Below are positions 29,567 to 37,558 of a stretch of DNA of 64,000 bases, piece by piece (position 1 is the stretch's first letter; each line of letters begins with the position of its first letter). The notes below the pieces were generated by a model that worked only from the letters and a program-made list of their open reading frames with translations, was not told the origin of the DNA and made no database searches. A program made the position numbers and the translations under genes. Origin of the DNA: a virus (taxonomy: Duplodnaviria; Caudoviricetes). The DNA lies in the IMG/VR virus record IMGVR_UViG_3300046710_000151, positions 12,584 to 76,583 of that record. One strand, given 5' to 3'.

Positions 29567-29887
29567 TTATGCGCTCTTCGCCAGCCGCAATTCATACGCT
29601 TCGTTGAATCCCCGGATCAACGCCGGGATATCCAGCCCGTGCAGTTTGGCGAAGCCGCGCGGATCGGCGTCGTACTGATCGTGCTCTTTCCGTGTCAAAG
29701 GAATTGCTGAGAGATCCGATGACTTCTGAGACGTGGCGTGCGGTCCGGTGTGGCAGGGATCGCAGGGGCCAAGCCCGGAAACGACCGATGCCTGCCGGCG
29801 GATGAAGCGCAGGTAAGCCGGATCTCGCACCGGCGCGGAGCCAGAGTACATGCGCTCACTGCGGATTCGCTTGGGTTGGACAATCAT
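29567..29887 (-). CDS. DUF968/NinG-Rap-like protein (degenerate)
   Basis: RD.AYL.FIR, D..H and KSSDL.AIPL...H motifs; usual Cys ligands partly replaced. Confidence 0.55.
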   Translation of the reverse strand: MIVQPKRIRSERMYSGSAPVRDPAYLRFIRRQASVVSGLGPCDPCHTGPHATSQKSSDLSAIPLTRKEHDQYDADPRGFAKLHGLDIPALIRGFNEAYELRLAKSA

Positions 29888-30138
29888 TTCGGATCACATT
29901 GGTAACGAGAACAGATCATACGGAAGCGGGCGCAACGGTGCGCAGGGGTTGAGTATGGAACTCGCGCAGACCACCTGCACGTCGGTCTGTTCGCGCCCGC
30001 ATCCGCCGCAGTGGTAAAAGAAGCCCCCCGTCAACGTGGCTGAATCGATGGCGTATTCAGAACCCACGGCGATGCCGTCATCCAACACAGGAAATCCGCA
30101 TGGGCAGATCGATAGACGCTGCAACTTGGCGTTTTTCT

Positions 30139-30384
30139 TCATGCGCCCGCCGCTCCCTGCGCTCTGCGGCACCCCAGGCTCTTCTCGCAGGCCGCGGCAA
30201 CGGACAGATTCGAGCCTGCGCAGCGCTTCCAACGCTGCGCCGCGAAATGCCAGATCAGGATGCGCTCCCCAGTCAGGTCGGTGCCGATGGCCTGGAACTG
30301 CACGGTGCGGAGGCAGACCGGGCAGATGACCGGGGTGGGCTTCGGCGGCGCTTCGTCGCGGTAGGGAATGCAGGTGAGTTTCAT
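30139..30384 (-). CDS. small Cys-containing hypothetical protein
   Basis: CPVC...H...RC motif; leftward early operon. Confidence 0.4.
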   Translation of the reverse strand: MKLTCIPYRDEAPPKPTPVICPVCLRTVQFQAIGTDLTGERILIWHFAAQRWKRCAGSNLSVAAACEKSLGCRRAQGAAGA

Positions 30385-30400
30385 ACCGGTTCCTTTTTCA

Positions 30401-30730
30401 TTAGATGCAGTATTCTGGAGCGGCTTCCCTGGTTTTCACCAAGTAATGCCATTCCTGATCTCGGATCACAGGTGCGGAGAGTGCTACTACGACATCGCGG
30501 CTCGAAGCGTAAGGCGGTGATCCAATGCGAGGAAAACGAGGCGAACGTAACTCTCTCGTGAGTTCCGCCTCGGTCCTGAATCTGATTTCCACCTTGCTAG
30601 CGTGCGTGGGAACGGAATCTCGTAATTGCTCCGGCTTGCGTCGGCAGTCGAGACAGTAGCATGCCCGCGTTTCCTCCGATTCAAACGTCATCGAAAGCAG
30701 GAATGGACTCGGATGATATGCTTTGCTCAT
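30401..30730 (-). CDS. hypothetical protein
   Basis: Leftward early operon. Confidence 0.4.
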   Translation of the reverse strand: MSKAYHPSPFLLSMTFESEETRACYCLDCRRKPEQLRDSVPTHASKVEIRFRTEAELTRELRSPRFPRIGSPPYASSRDVVVALSAPVIRDQEWHYLVKTREAAPEYCI

Positions 30731-30974
30731 TCGGCTTCCTTATCCAACTCCGTCCGGCCCTGGGGCTGGCGTAGGCAAGAGGGTGTTTCCCGGTTCGCGC
30801 AGAACGAAGCGGTAGTCGTCGATGCGGCCAGCCCACAGCGCGCCGAGGTCACGCGCCCGGTTGTATTCGGGGCTGTCGTATGGGCTGGCGGCGCGTAGTG
30901 CGTCTTCTGCGATCAGCCGTTTCTGGGCATGGCGGAAGGGGGCTTCGATCTGTTTGCGGGGGAGCATCCGGGGC

Positions 30975-31247
30975 TTAGGCATGGATGTCTCCATCGGTTG
31001 ACGCTGCTTCGGCGTCCTCTTCGGCGTGTCCCTGACACCCCGTCTGGTAATCAAAGTTGTCACATGGAGTGCATGGGATGACCTTGTGGCCTTTGGCAAT
31101 TTCATCCATGAGAACGTCTTTTGCTTCGCGGGCCGTCATTGTTCGCCCGTCATCGTGTAGGAATACCCCTTTCATCTGGCGGTCACTCCAATTGTGAAGC
31201 GCCCCGCGAAGATCAAGGCAGAGGTGGTACATGGTGGTCTTAGGCAT
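30975..31247 (-). CDS. conserved phage hypothetical protein
   Basis: C.NFDY..GC.GH motif. Confidence 0.5.
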   Translation of the reverse strand: MPKTTMYHLCLDLRGALHNWSDRQMKGVFLHDDGRTMTAREAKDVLMDEIAKGHKVIPCTPCDNFDYQTGCQGHAEEDAEAASTDGDIHA

Positions 31248-31283
31248 AGGTGCCTCCCTCCGCTAGTGTCCGCATCCGGGGCT

Positions 31284-31523
31284 TCATCGTTGGCTTACTG
31301 GTTTGATGTGCGTCCATTTTTCACCATCCCATTCGTCGCGGCCCGACACGTGTTTAATAAACCGCTGTGCGGTGCCGTCCGGGTAGCAAGTGTAGGTCAT
31401 ATCGTTGGCCTCGAAGTCAACGTATGCGAGCCTCAAGCGCAGGGCGATATCGCAGCCGTTGCGCACGGCGTCGTCCAGATCGGAGCCGATCACCGCATTA
31501 AGCGTCAGGGATAGATTGTTCAT
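31284..31523 (-). CDS. hypothetical protein
   Basis: Coupled to the upstream gene. Confidence 0.45.
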   Translation of the reverse strand: MNNLSLTLNAVIGSDLDDAVRNGCDIALRLRLAYVDFEANDMTYTCYPDGTAQRFIKHVSGRDEWDGEKWTHIKPVSQR

Positions 31524-32095
31524 GCCGCCGCCCTCTTGCCACTCTGAATATAGGATGTGATGAAAAGTGCCCGGATTTCATCCGGTTTTACACGACCGTC
31601 GTGCTTGGTCAGCGAGTGGGCCAATACCATGGCGTACGCATCCACAAGGGCCGAAGCCTCGATCACAAGGCGGTCGGCAGCGGTTACGATGCGTTCGGGA
31701 GCGGTGGCGCTGACCGGCGGCTTGGGCTCCGGGAGTTTGGCCACGGCGAACGTTCCATCGGGCTGCTCACCTACGGCTGGTGCGATCCGCGCCACTTCCC
31801 AGGTACGAGTGCCCTTGCCGTCCTGTCTCATGCAGAGGGTAAACGATTCGCGGACGTTGACGCCTGCCGCTTCGATCTGTCCGGCGACTTCCGGGTCGAG
31901 GAAAAGCACACGGTTATCCACGGTCGAGTACATCACACGGTCGCCAAAATCGTTGACGATGTGCTTGCCCTGGTTGTACTTCAGGGCGAGCGTTACGGGC
32001 ACATTTGGCGCGAATTCAACCACGTCGCGCAAGGTTCGTTGCTGAGCTGCTGCTGCCATTTCGGGTTCCTCCGACGCCTCGCGGCGTTTCGGCAC
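31520..32095 (-). CDS. hypothetical protein (true start probably ATG 32059)
   Basis: RBS GGAGG in the 68-bp repeat precedes MAAAAQQ. Confidence 0.55.
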   Translation of the reverse strand: MPKRREASEEPEMAAAAQQRTLRDVVEFAPNVPVTLALKYNQGKHIVNDFGDRVMYSTVDNRVLFLDPEVAGQIEAAGVNVRESFTLCMRQDGKGTRTWEVARIAPAVGEQPDGTFAVAKLPEPKPPVSATAPERIVTAADRLVIEASALVDAYAMVLAHSLTKHDGRVKPDEIRALFITSYIQSGKRAAA

Positions 32096-32516
32096 GTTAC
32101 CAGCGCGCCTTCATCAGGGAGGTCAGAATCCGCAGTCTTCAATGAACGAGCGGATATGGGTGCCAAGCCGCGTCTGCGTTTCGTCCGCAGCGCGTTTGCA
32201 TTCGGGGCACAGTTCCCCAAACTGGTTCGGCTTCTCGCAATCCGGGCAGCAGAGAACCGCGTCGTCATAGTCCGGCTCTTCCGGGCGTTCAAGTTCCCTA
32301 CCGGGCAGCAGCAGCCCCAACGCGCGGGCTCCCGTAACGAGATGTTGCACAGCATTGTGCAGATCGCGGTTCTGTTCGTTTTCCGATTCGGTGATGTGCA
32401 GCTTAATCAGGTGCAGCGCCTTCGAAAATTCCGTGTTTGCGTCGATTGCCATTTTCGGTTTCCTCCGACGCCTCGCGGCGTTTCGGCGCGTTACCAGCGT
32501 GCCATCGTCAGGGAGG
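32055..32516 (-). repeat. two ~68-bp direct repeats carrying hairpin, RBS and ATG
   Basis: 32055-32122 and 32448-32516. Confidence 0.85.
32123..32452 (-). CDS. small protein with C-terminal CPDC..C.EC zinc ribbon
   Basis: Start MAIDAN supplied by the repeat. Confidence 0.5.
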   Translation of the reverse strand: MAIDANTEFSKALHLIKLHITESENEQNRDLHNAVQHLVTGARALGLLLPGRELERPEEPDYDDAVLCCPDCEKPNQFGELCPECKRAADETQTRLGTHIRSFIEDCGF

Positions 32517-32531
32517 CTAAACGGCTTTGGC

Positions 32532-32840
32532 TTATGCGCCTTCGGCTTTTGCCAGGGCGGCCCGCATTTCGGCATGGTACGGAGCGCGGCAGTTCGCTCC
32601 CACCGAGCAAAACGGGCAGTACTGAATCATGTTGTGGACTACGGCGTACAGGTCTGGCGCGGCGGCGATCAGATTAGCATTCGCCGCTTGTTGTTCTCGC
32701 CCCATCCAGGTGCGGATCTCGGCAACGCCGGACATTCGATTATCCGCATTGCCAGAGAGAACAACCGTATAGCGTGAATTCGCTTTCCACGGTCCCGGTG
32801 TCCATTTCGGCGTGTTATCAGACATGAGAGTTTCCTTCAT
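32532..32840 (-). CDS. conserved phage early protein (TPGPW family)
   Basis: TPGPW...ANANLIAAAPDL motif. Confidence 0.7.
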   Translation of the reverse strand: MKETLMSDNTPKWTPGPWKANSRYTVVLSGNADNRMSGVAEIRTWMGREQQAANANLIAAAPDLYAVVHNMIQYCPFCSVGANCRAPYHAEMRAALAKAEGA

Positions 32841-33295
32841 GCAACTTCACTTCGTTCGGTCTTTGGCGCGCGCGCCGCGCCCATCGGTTTCGGCGCCACG
32901 GCCCGGCGTGCCTGTTCGTAGCGGATCATGTGCAGCTCCGCCAGTTGCGTCAGCGGGAAGCCGGATCGGCCGTAGCGCGCAACGAGCGTGGTCAGGCGGT
33001 CGGCCAGTTGGGCGTTGGTGCTGGCCTGGGTTTGTTCCAATTGGATATCGCGCGTCATGGGCTTGCGGGCAGGCTGGCAGTGGACGCACTCGGCTTCATG
33101 CGCCCGGAGCGCCAGGCGCATATGGTCGATGGTCTGCGCTTGGCAGATCAAAGCGTCGCGGACGGAGCAGCGTGGGCCGAAGATCGCCAGTTCTTCCGCG
33201 TCCTGGGCGGCCAGGTCGGCTTCGGTGACTTCGTTCTCCGGCTGCGGGGCGGGTTCGGTTTCCTCGAAGGTGGTTCGTTCGGTGAAGCGGTCCAT
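32837..33295 (-). CDS. hypothetical protein, first gene of the leftward operon
   Basis: Directly downstream of a predicted promoter. Confidence 0.55.
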   Translation of the reverse strand: MDRFTERTTFEETEPAPQPENEVTEADLAAQDAEELAIFGPRCSVRDALICQAQTIDHMRLALRAHEAECVHCQPARKPMTRDIQLEQTQASTNAQLADRLTTLVARYGRSGFPLTQLAELHMIRYEQARRAVAPKPMGAARAPKTERSEVA

Positions 33296-33301
33296 GTAGA
33301 T

Positions 33302-33399
33302 ATAGTAGCGTATCGCTAGGCTAATTGCAAGAGAAAAATGCGGTGCTTGCGAAAATAATTGTGTGGCGCTTGCAAATCTGATTGATTAGCGGTACGCTA
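33302..33399. promoter_or_regulatory. divergent sigma70-type promoters with two palindromic operators
   Basis: Leftward TTGCAA(33325-30)-N17-TACTAT; rightward TTGCAA(33370-75)-N17-TACGCT; TAGCG-N3-CGCTA at 33306-33318 and 33387-33399. Confidence 0.65.
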
Positions 33400-33405
33400 T
33401 CCGTG

Positions 33406-33558
33406 ATGGCAAAAAGAAAGAATCCAGCCGCAGTGGCTCTAGGTAAGCGTGGCGGGAAAGCCCGCAAGCGAAATCTTACGCCGGAACAGTTGAGCGAGAT
33501 CGGGCGCAAGGGCGGCAAGGCGGGCGGGCGCGGGCGGAAGAAGGACGGTAAGGAATGA
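33406..33558 (+). CDS. 50-aa basic KGG-type protein (below the ORF-track cutoff)
   Basis: MAKRKNPAAVALGKRGGKARKRNLTPEQLSEIGRKGGKAGGRGRKKDGKE. Confidence 0.75.
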   Translation: MAKRKNPAAVALGKRGGKARKRNLTPEQLSEIGRKGGKAGGRGRKKDGKE

Positions 33559-33740
33559 CGCAGACCGGCTTTTATCCCGAAGTATCGGCGATTATCACGG
33601 AATTCGGATGCCGCATGATCCTGCTGTGCGAAGCAACGGAGCGCGCTACGGCCGCAACGACACAGTTTTCCGAGTCGGCACAATGGCTCGACACGCTGAT
33701 AAAGGCAGAGGCGCAAGAGAAGAAGGCCGGCAAGGAGTGA
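33555..33740 (+). CDS. cassette mini-gene 1
   Basis: Starts and ends in linker repeats. Confidence 0.5.
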   Translation: MTQTGFYPEVSAIITEFGCRMILLCEATERATAATTQFSESAQWLDTLIKAEAQEKKAGKE

Positions 33741-33937
33741 GTATGGATGGCAAGGTGCCGTGCGTCAAGGTGACGCGTCCCGACACACACGGTGAAGACT
33801 GGTGTCTCTACCGGATGGCTGGGTTCTCCGTGGCGGATGAGTTCGATGGAGCGGAAGTCGGCGAGCGGATCACGCTTGAACTCTGCGAGATGACTGAGGA
33901 AGAGATCAAGGCTCTCCCTGACTTCCAGGGGTGGTAG
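33737..33937 (+). CDS. cassette mini-gene 2
   Basis: GTG 33737 (or ATG 33743) after AAGGA. Confidence 0.55.
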   Translation: MSMDGKVPCVKVTRPDTHGEDWCLYRMAGFSVADEFDGAEVGERITLELCEMTEEEIKALPDFQGW

Positions 33938-34005
33938 CGTAGCGAGATCGCACGGAAAGCGGGCAAGGCGGACGGGCGCGGGCGGAAACGGAAGGACGGC
34001 AAGGA

Positions 34006-34203
34006 ATGAGCGAGCGGCAAACCATATACGAACTCATCGAGCGCGCCCGTCGCCACGTCATGACTGATCAGGAGCGTGAGGCACAGCGCCGCAGCTTCGC
34101 GTACAGCAACGCGCATCTGGACAATCCGGCGATTACAAGGGCTGATATCGATCACGCGGCTGAAATGCTGGCGGGCAAGGCGGCCGCGGAAGAAGGACGG
34201 TAA
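34006..34203 (+). CDS. cassette mini-gene 3
   Basis: EQR.SFAY.N motif; start within a linker. Confidence 0.55.
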   Translation: MSERQTIYELIERARRHVMTDQEREAQRRSFAYSNAHLDNPAITRADIDHAAEMLAGKAAAEEGR

Positions 34204-34206
34204 GGA

Positions 34207-34554
34207 ATGAGCGTTATGGAAAAAGCCGTATGGAAGCAAAAGCAAATAGACGATGCCAAGAGGAACCTCGAAATCATCGCGATGTATAACGCAAGACTCA
34301 GACAGTTGCGCCAAGTGATGCTTTCTCAGTTCTACCAGCCGTTCTGGAACGCGTGGCTCGATGCTGTGGTGAAGGCTGGTACCTTGACTTTGCCGGGATA
34401 TGCCCAAAATCCGGAACCCTACCGCCGGGTGGACTGGCACCCTCCGCCTTGGTCCGAACTCGATCCATTGCGGTCGGAAGAACGCATCGAGATCGCCCGG
34501 AAAGCGGGCAAGGCCGGCGGCAGAGGGCGGAAGCGGAAGGACGGTGAGGCATGA
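34207..34554 (+). CDS. cassette mini-gene 4, contains a lambda-type portal-like fragment
   Basis: FYQPFWNAWLDAVVKAG.L.LPGY...P..YRRVDW.PP.W..LDPL. Confidence 0.5.
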   Translation: MSVMEKAVWKQKQIDDAKRNLEIIAMYNARLRQLRQVMLSQFYQPFWNAWLDAVVKAGTLTLPGYAQNPEPYRRVDWHPPPWSELDPLRSEERIEIARKAGKAGGRGRKRKDGEA

Positions 34555-34788
34555 TTGCCCTGGGGAAGAAGCAACTGAATGACCCGAATGCTCTGCGGGA
34601 GCGTCGTGCCTGCGTGGAGTCATTGCTGGGAGAAGACCGATCCATTGCTGGGAGAAGACCGATCATCAGTAAGTCCTTCCAGCCAGGAATGGGTAAGCGC
34701 GGCGTACTTTGCTGGTCACAGGCAGCTCCAGCTAAACGAGATTGCAGAGATTGACCGGCTTCTCATCGACTTGCTTCCCGTTCGATGA
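34551..34788 (+). pseudogene. cassette mini-gene 5 frameshifted by a 22-bp tandem duplication
   Basis: CATTGCTGGGAGAAGACCGATC at 34621-42 and 34643-64. Confidence 0.55.
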
Positions 34789-34797
34789 ACTCAGCCG

Positions 34798-35187
34798 CTA
34801 CTTCACCACGCCAACCGCCGGCTTTGCAGTTTTCTCCGATTGTCGCATGACGAAGACGCCGGATACCACCAGGGCCGCCCCGCTTCCCATCGCACTTCCG
34901 CCGATCACGTTCTTGTTCTTCTCCATCCATGACGATCCGCATTGGCCTGCGGTCACCTGGATACCGAAAAAGCTGGATATCTGCTGCGCGCGGTCCTGTG
35001 CAGGGCAGGGCTTGGTGAATGCAACGGTGCCCAATGCCATCAGGCCGACGCCGCCGGCGACCATGATGGCGCCGAGCACGCGGTGGTGATGCCGGGCCGG
35101 GACGGGAGTGGGCTGGACTTGGGGGCTCGCAATGGTAGCTGTCAGTAGGAGCCACATGGTGGTGGCGAGAATGTTTCGTTTTTGCAT
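34798..35187 (-). CDS. secreted/membrane protein (superinfection-exclusion candidate by position)
   Basis: Signal peptide plus two hydrophobic segments; downstream of the putative repressor. Confidence 0.55.
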   Translation of the reverse strand: MQKRNILATTMWLLLTATIASPQVQPTPVPARHHHRVLGAIMVAGGVGLMALGTVAFTKPCPAQDRAQQISSFFGIQVTAGQCGSSWMEKNKNVIGGSAMGSGAALVVSGVFVMRQSEKTAKPAVGVVK

Positions 35188-35260
35188 CTTTTGGGTTTCC
35201 TTTTTACTGTTTAATTTTCTGAATCGCGTTTCTCACACGATCCTTCCGCTGGCCTCGATC

Positions 35261-35662
35261 TCAGCCCCGTGTGCCAGTTCCGCCAGAATCATGTCGCGGT
35301 CGGCGTCCCAATCCCTTTCCGCGTCTTCCAAGCTCGCCCGAATCTCGATCAAGAGCCTTCTTCGTTTGATGAAGCTGCGCCACCGCACGGAGCTTATCGG
35401 TCGCGGCCTGATCGGCGGGGTTGCCAAGTGCATTGCTGAATTCTACAACCTTAGCGGTGGATTCTTCCACGCCTGCCGGTACGGAGATAGTACTGGTTAA
35501 CAGTCCCTTATATGCTCTCCATGCCGCTAACAACAAGGCCCCCCGGGATGGTCCCTTTTCTCCGCGTGCCAGGTACGGCGCTATCTCGCGTCTCAATTCT
35601 TCCTGTAATTCCTGGGGAAGTTTGATCGATTCACCCTGTTTTTTACGTTTTGAATCAGTCAT
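35261..35662 (-). CDS. putative repressor with RHH-like N-terminus
   Basis: SIKLPQELQEELRR...SRGALLLAAW; divergent from 35747. Confidence 0.45.
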   Translation of the reverse strand: MTDSKRKKQGESIKLPQELQEELRREIAPYLARGEKGPSRGALLLAAWRAYKGLLTSTISVPAGVEESTAKVVEFSNALGNPADQAATDKLRAVAQLHQTKKALDRDSGELGRRGKGLGRRPRHDSGGTGTRG

Positions 35663-35699
35663 TTAGTCTAAACTCCAACCTTTCAACCAAAAAAACCTC

Positions 35700-35728
35700 T
35701 TGACCTTTGAAGCACCATTGGTTACACT
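35700..35728 (+). promoter_or_regulatory. sigma70-type promoter
   Basis: TTGACC-N17-TACACT. Confidence 0.7.
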
Positions 35729-35746
35729 TCATCACAGATAAACGAG

Positions 35747-35977
35747 ATGCCACAAACACAACATACCGCAAAAGAAGAAGGCAAGGGCAACGGCGCGTCC
35801 GGTGCCAATGAGCCCCACCCTCCTGCGGGATGGGCTCCGATGTCCATGATCCGCATTCCCCGCGCCCTGAAATGGCGGTTACGGGCAATCGCGGCATCCA
35901 GGGAAACTACGTTGGATCGCCTGGCGACCTCAGTATTGCAGGACTTTGCAACGCGCGAAAAAGGAGCTGCGGCATAG
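35747..35977 (+). CDS. ribbon-helix-helix (Arc/CopG-like) regulator
   Basis: MIRIPRALKWRLRAIAASRETTLDRLATSVL pattern. Confidence 0.65.
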   Translation: MPQTQHTAKEEGKGNGASGANEPHPPAGWAPMSMIRIPRALKWRLRAIAASRETTLDRLATSVLQDFATREKGAAA

Positions 35978-36301
35978 GTGCCCGCAACGAGAACCATGAA
36001 CCACGATTCCATCAAACCCGTAAACCCGCAACACCAGGCGCGGAAACCTATTGTCACGGAAAGGAAAAGCGCGGCGCGGCCCTATGAGTACTTGAGCAGT
36101 CTCATGCCCTGCCTGCGCCAGCAGATCATCGATAGCCTGCGGGCTGGCCGGGGCCTGAAACAGGTCGCAGCGGAGTACGGCGTGACGCGGGACCTTGCCC
36201 TTGAGCTGTGGGTCCGCGCCGATCTTCGGCGCATGGAACTCCGCCTCGCGGCTCTCGAAGATCGCTTCGGACCTCCTACGCGGCTCAGGATGGTGGCGTG
36301 A
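35978..36301 (+). CDS. HTH-containing protein
   Basis: LRAG.GLKQVAAEYGVTR. Confidence 0.55.
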   Translation: MPATRTMNHDSIKPVNPQHQARKPIVTERKSAARPYEYLSSLMPCLRQQIIDSLRAGRGLKQVAAEYGVTRDLALELWVRADLRRMELRLAALEDRFGPPTRLRMVA

Positions 36302-36540
36302 TGCCGATGAATTTTCCAGACATGAAGTCGTTAAAGATGGCGGCTAAAGTGCATAAATTCCGGCAGCCCATGGAAGACGAGCCAGAAATTGAATACCGCA
36401 GGCTGCTGGCAGAGCATGTGCGTCCGATTGATTTAATCGAGTCGGAAGAAATCCGGAATGGGGTCGGATGGGACCGGTGGAATGACGCGGAAAACCGAGG
36501 GATGTTGGCTCGATCAGCGTTGGGCCGGGGGAAGTCGTGA
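36301..36540 (+). CDS. hypothetical protein
   Basis: MPMNFPDM... coupled start. Confidence 0.45.
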   Translation: MPMNFPDMKSLKMAAKVHKFRQPMEDEPEIEYRRLLAEHVRPIDLIESEEIRNGVGWDRWNDAENRGMLARSALGRGKS

Positions 36541-36719
36541 TAACTCAAATGCCCCACACGCCCGATCCCTCCGGCAACGCCCTGCGCGCCCACATGCTGA
36601 GGCAGCAGCGCAACTTGCTGGTGGTCTTGTGGGCCTTCGTGTTTTCTATGCTGGCCTTGGCCGCTCTGGGATGGGTCGGGTATAAGATTTTCGAATGTGT
36701 GAGGTCGTTATGGTTCTGA
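36537..36719 (+). CDS. small membrane protein
   Basis: One long hydrophobic segment. Confidence 0.45.
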   Translation: MITQMPHTPDPSGNALRAHMLRQQRNLLVVLWAFVFSMLALAALGWVGYKIFECVRSLWF

Positions 36720-36982
36720 ATGCGTCCGTGTCCTTCCCCTCCTCCACTCCGGGGCCGGCCGACACCGGCTCCGGAGCCCATCGGGGCAGTGACTATCGGA
36801 CAGCGCCCACCGGCTGGCCCGAGGCGCAACTGGAAGCCTCGCGCACTCTGGTGGAGATGTACCGCGAGTCGATGGTTGCGGAACGACTGGAAGCTTTGCG
36901 CTGGCGGCGAAGCTTTGAAGACCTGGCCGTGGCCGTGGTACTGTGCCTCGCCGCGCTTTTGATTATTTGGTGGATGAGGTGA
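36695..36982 (+). CDS. small membrane-anchored protein
   Basis: C-terminal TM helix. Confidence 0.4.
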   Translation: MCEVVMVLNASVSFPSSTPGPADTGSGAHRGSDYRTAPTGWPEAQLEASRTLVEMYRESMVAERLEALRWRRSFEDLAVAVVLCLAALLIIWWMR

Positions 36983-36989
36983 AGCGGGG

Positions 36990-37223
36990 ATGCCGTGGAA
37001 TCCCCACTGGCGGCGCAAGCGGCCTTCGGCCAAGGCGTGCGACGCGGTGCTGTGGGCACTGCGCGGCGGAATCGAATTGAGCCCGCACGAACTGGCGTGT
37101 GAAACGGAATTGGCGTGGCGGCGGGTGTGCGCGGCGCTGAATGATTTGCTGAGGCGTGGGGAGTTGGACGTGGAGAACGGCAAGTACCGGCGAACGGACA
37201 GGGTGGAGAGGCGGAGCGCATGA
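36990..37223 (+). CDS. winged-helix-like small protein
   Basis: LSPHELAC...L.WRRV.AAL..L...GEL. Confidence 0.5.
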   Translation: MPWNPHWRRKRPSAKACDAVLWALRGGIELSPHELACETELAWRRVCAALNDLLRRGELDVENGKYRRTDRVERRSA

Positions 37224-37558
37224 CGGACATTCTGGCATTGCTTTTCGATATGCGAAATGGCGAGGTCGCGGCGGATATCGCGCGCCACTTCGACGAACTG
37301 AAAACAGCCGTACTGGAGACGCGCGGCAAGGGGAAACTCACCATCGAGTTGAACTTGGAGCCGAGCAAATGCGCGATCGGTGGCGCGGTGCTGGAAATCA
37401 AAGCCGAGCACTCATGCAAGGTGAAGAAACCAGAATTGGCTGTTGGCGCGGCGCATTTCTTCGTAACGGAACAGGGTGACTTGACGCGCGATGACCCTGC
37501 ACAAGCGGCGATGTTTGCGGAACCCAAGCAGGCTGGACAGGAGCAAAAACGTGGCTGA
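37220..37558 (+). CDS. YfdP-like partner of DUF2303
   Basis: GKGKLTIEL.LEP and FFVTE.G.L.R.DP.Q motifs. Confidence 0.7.
   Translation: MTDILALLFDMRNGEVAADIARHFDELKTAVLETRGKGKLTIELNLEPSKCAIGGAVLEIKAEHSCKVKKPELAVGAAHFFVTEQGDLTRDDPAQAAMFAEPKQAGQEQKRG

Larger units (their letters stand above)
33541..34554 (+). repeat. five 18-nt linkers AAGG(A/C)CGG(T/C)(A/G)AGG(A/C)(A/G)TGA with longer degenerate flanks
   Basis: 33541-58, 33723-40, 33992-34009, 34193-34210, 34537-54. Confidence 0.85.

Noticed and set aside
35233-35433. Separate 66-aa minus-strand gene
   Set aside because: Overlaps the putative repressor in another frame; cannot decide from sequence alone
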